DNA of 410 nucleotides from Escherichia coli (GTDB lineage Bacteria; Pseudomonadota; Gammaproteobacteria; Enterobacterales; Enterobacteriaceae): NCBI RefSeq assembly GCF_003334335.1, contig NZ_QOWQ01000196.1; one strand, 5' to 3'. Shown piece by piece: positions 1 to 410 of this stretch (position 1 is its first letter; each line of letters starts with the position of its first letter). The notes under the pieces were generated by a model. It saw only the letters and a program-made list of their open reading frames with translations, ran no database searches and was not told where the DNA came from. The position numbers and the translations under genes were made by a program.

Positions 1-401
1 GCAAGCACCTCATTTTTTGTTGGGGTGCTTTTTTTCAATTCAGCGATATAGCACTCCAGTTTTTCAATGCGTGATTCGATATCATCTTTTTCTGACAGTA
101 TCGTGTTATATGCATTGTTAATTTGTATGGTATACCGATCTTCGGAACAAAGGCACTTTTCCTGTGACTGTTCATCCCCTTCACATAACCCGGCAGCAAT
201 ATCCATGAAAAACTGCTTCGCCTTCTTTTTCGCCTCAGCTTCGTAAAACTCCAGCGGGGCACCTTCAACACGATCAAGATCAATCACCACATTTGGCAAC
301 AACAGTGACGTATACCCACCCGTTTCCAGCGCTACAGTAACAGTAATCTTATCCGGGTAATTATTTATCCCTTTAACAACCAGTTCGTATTGTTTATTCA
401 T
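1..401 (-). CDS. Hypothetical protein, 5' portion only (start codon in window, 3' end beyond left edge). Visible product (133 aa): MNKQYELVVKGINNYPDKITVTVALETGGYTSLLLPNVVIDLDRVEGAPLEFYEAEAKKKAKQFFMDIAAGLCEGDEQSQEKCLCSEDRYTIQINNAYNTILSEKDDIESRIEKLECYIAELKKSTPTKNEVL...
   Basis: Manual reverse-complement translation: ATG at plus coordinates 401..399, then 133 sense codons with no stop down to position 3 (2 nt left over at 1..2). An in-frame TAG at 405..407 fixes this ATG as the first possible start. An open frame this long in AT-leaning DNA is unlikely by chance. The protein has a non-random make-up: alternating hydrophobic beta-like segments, an amphipathic Lys/Ala helix and a heptad-spaced Ile/Leu helix. 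Codon choice (CTG, CCG, GCG, AAA) looks like a Gram-negative enteric-type gene, but that is impression only. Not in the ORF track, consistent with the track needing an in-window stop. Confidence 0.78.
   Translation of the reverse strand, partial: MNKQYELVVKGINNYPDKITVTVALETGGYTSLLLPNVVIDLDRVEGAPLEFYEAEAKKKAKQFFMDIAAGLCEGDEQSQEKCLCSEDRYTIQINNAYNTILSEKDDIESRIEKLECYIAELKKSTPTKNEVL
5..35 (+). terminator. Intrinsic-terminator-like hairpin plus T-tract on the plus strand, embedded in the minus-strand coding region
   Basis: Plus-strand stem 5-11 (gcacctc) pairs with 22-28 (ggggtgc): 6 Watson-Crick pairs and one G-U wobble. Loop 12-21 (attttttgtt), followed immediately by T7 at 29-35. The loop is larger than in typical strong terminators (8 nt if a12:t21 also pair), so stability is only moderate. 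The orientation would terminate rightward transcripts entering from the left edge. Confidence 0.25.
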
Positions 402-407
402 CGTCTA

Positions 408-410
408 CTC
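408..410 (-). promoter_or_regulatory. Possible partial Shine-Dalgarno element (GAG) upstream of the ATG; the rest of any ribosome-binding site would lie outside the window
   Basis: Minus-strand sequence reads GAGTAGACG-ATG. The GAG is separated from the ATG by 6 nt, a spacing compatible with an SD core. Only 9 nt of upstream sequence is visible, so a complete GGAG/AGGAG cannot be confirmed. Confidence 0.25.

Noticed and set aside
32-68. 8-mer direct repeat TTTTCAAT at 32..39 and 61..68
   Set aside because: A single exact 8-mer repeat in 410 bp of AT-leaning sequence is about what chance predicts. Both copies lie inside the coding sequence with no flanking structure suggestive of repeat-associated elements.
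84-135. Plus-strand promoter-like hexamers (CTGACA at 92..97, TATATG at 107..112, TATGGT/GTATAC near 126..135)
   Set aside because: No pair has both a good -35 and a good -10 at 16-18 bp spacing. AT-rich coding DNA yields such near-matches by chance, and there is no plus-strand ORF for them to serve.
272-281. Two GATC (Dam) sites 6 bp apart (GATCAAGATC), plus a third at 137..140
   Set aside because: Three GATC sites in 410 bp is close to chance expectation. They are inside coding sequence, with no promoter context suggesting methylation-dependent regulation.
35-283. 82-aa minus-strand ORF from the supplied track (MILIVLKVPRWSFTKLRRKRRRSS...)
   Set aside because: It starts at a TTG rather than an ATG, lies wholly inside and out of frame with the 133-codon ATG-initiated ORF on the same strand, and its translation is low-complexity and basic (RRKRRR) in the way expected from an alternate-frame reading of Glu/Ala/Lys-rich coding sequence. 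Most likely a frame shadow, not a gene.
335-346. Tandem hexamer CAGTAA-CAGTAA (coding strand ACTGTTACTGTA, encoding TVTV)
   Set aside because: Only two copies. It is explained by adjacent Thr-Val codon pairs in a beta-strand-like segment, not a microsatellite or CRISPR-like repeat.
1-410. Searched for CRISPR repeats, tRNA/rRNA-like structure, and IS or transposon inverted terminal repeats
   Set aside because: No regularly spaced repeats, no cloverleaf-compatible segments, and no terminal inverted repeats. The window is continuous coding sequence on the minus strand.

Overview
410-bp window, about 42% G+C by hand count, almost entirely occupied by the 5' part of one minus-strand protein-coding gene. 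The gene starts at an ATG at 399-401 (read on the minus strand), has an in-frame TAG two codons upstream, and stays open for 133 codons until it runs off the left edge of the window with no stop seen. It is absent from the supplied ORF track, presumably because it has no in-window stop. The only ORF in the track (35..283, minus, 82 aa, TTG-initiated) lies in a different frame inside this gene and looks like a frame shadow. I cannot assign the encoded protein to any family I recognise, so it is called hypothetical. No rRNA, tRNA, CRISPR array or mobile-element terminus is supportable. Secondary observations are stop codons in all three frames crowding the start codon, which suggests an operon-internal gene, and a plus-strand hairpin followed by a T7 tract inside the coding region near the left edge. 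Nothing in the window demonstrates a novel system; the gene is a candidate uncharacterised accessory or phage-derived protein whose genomic context lies outside the window.
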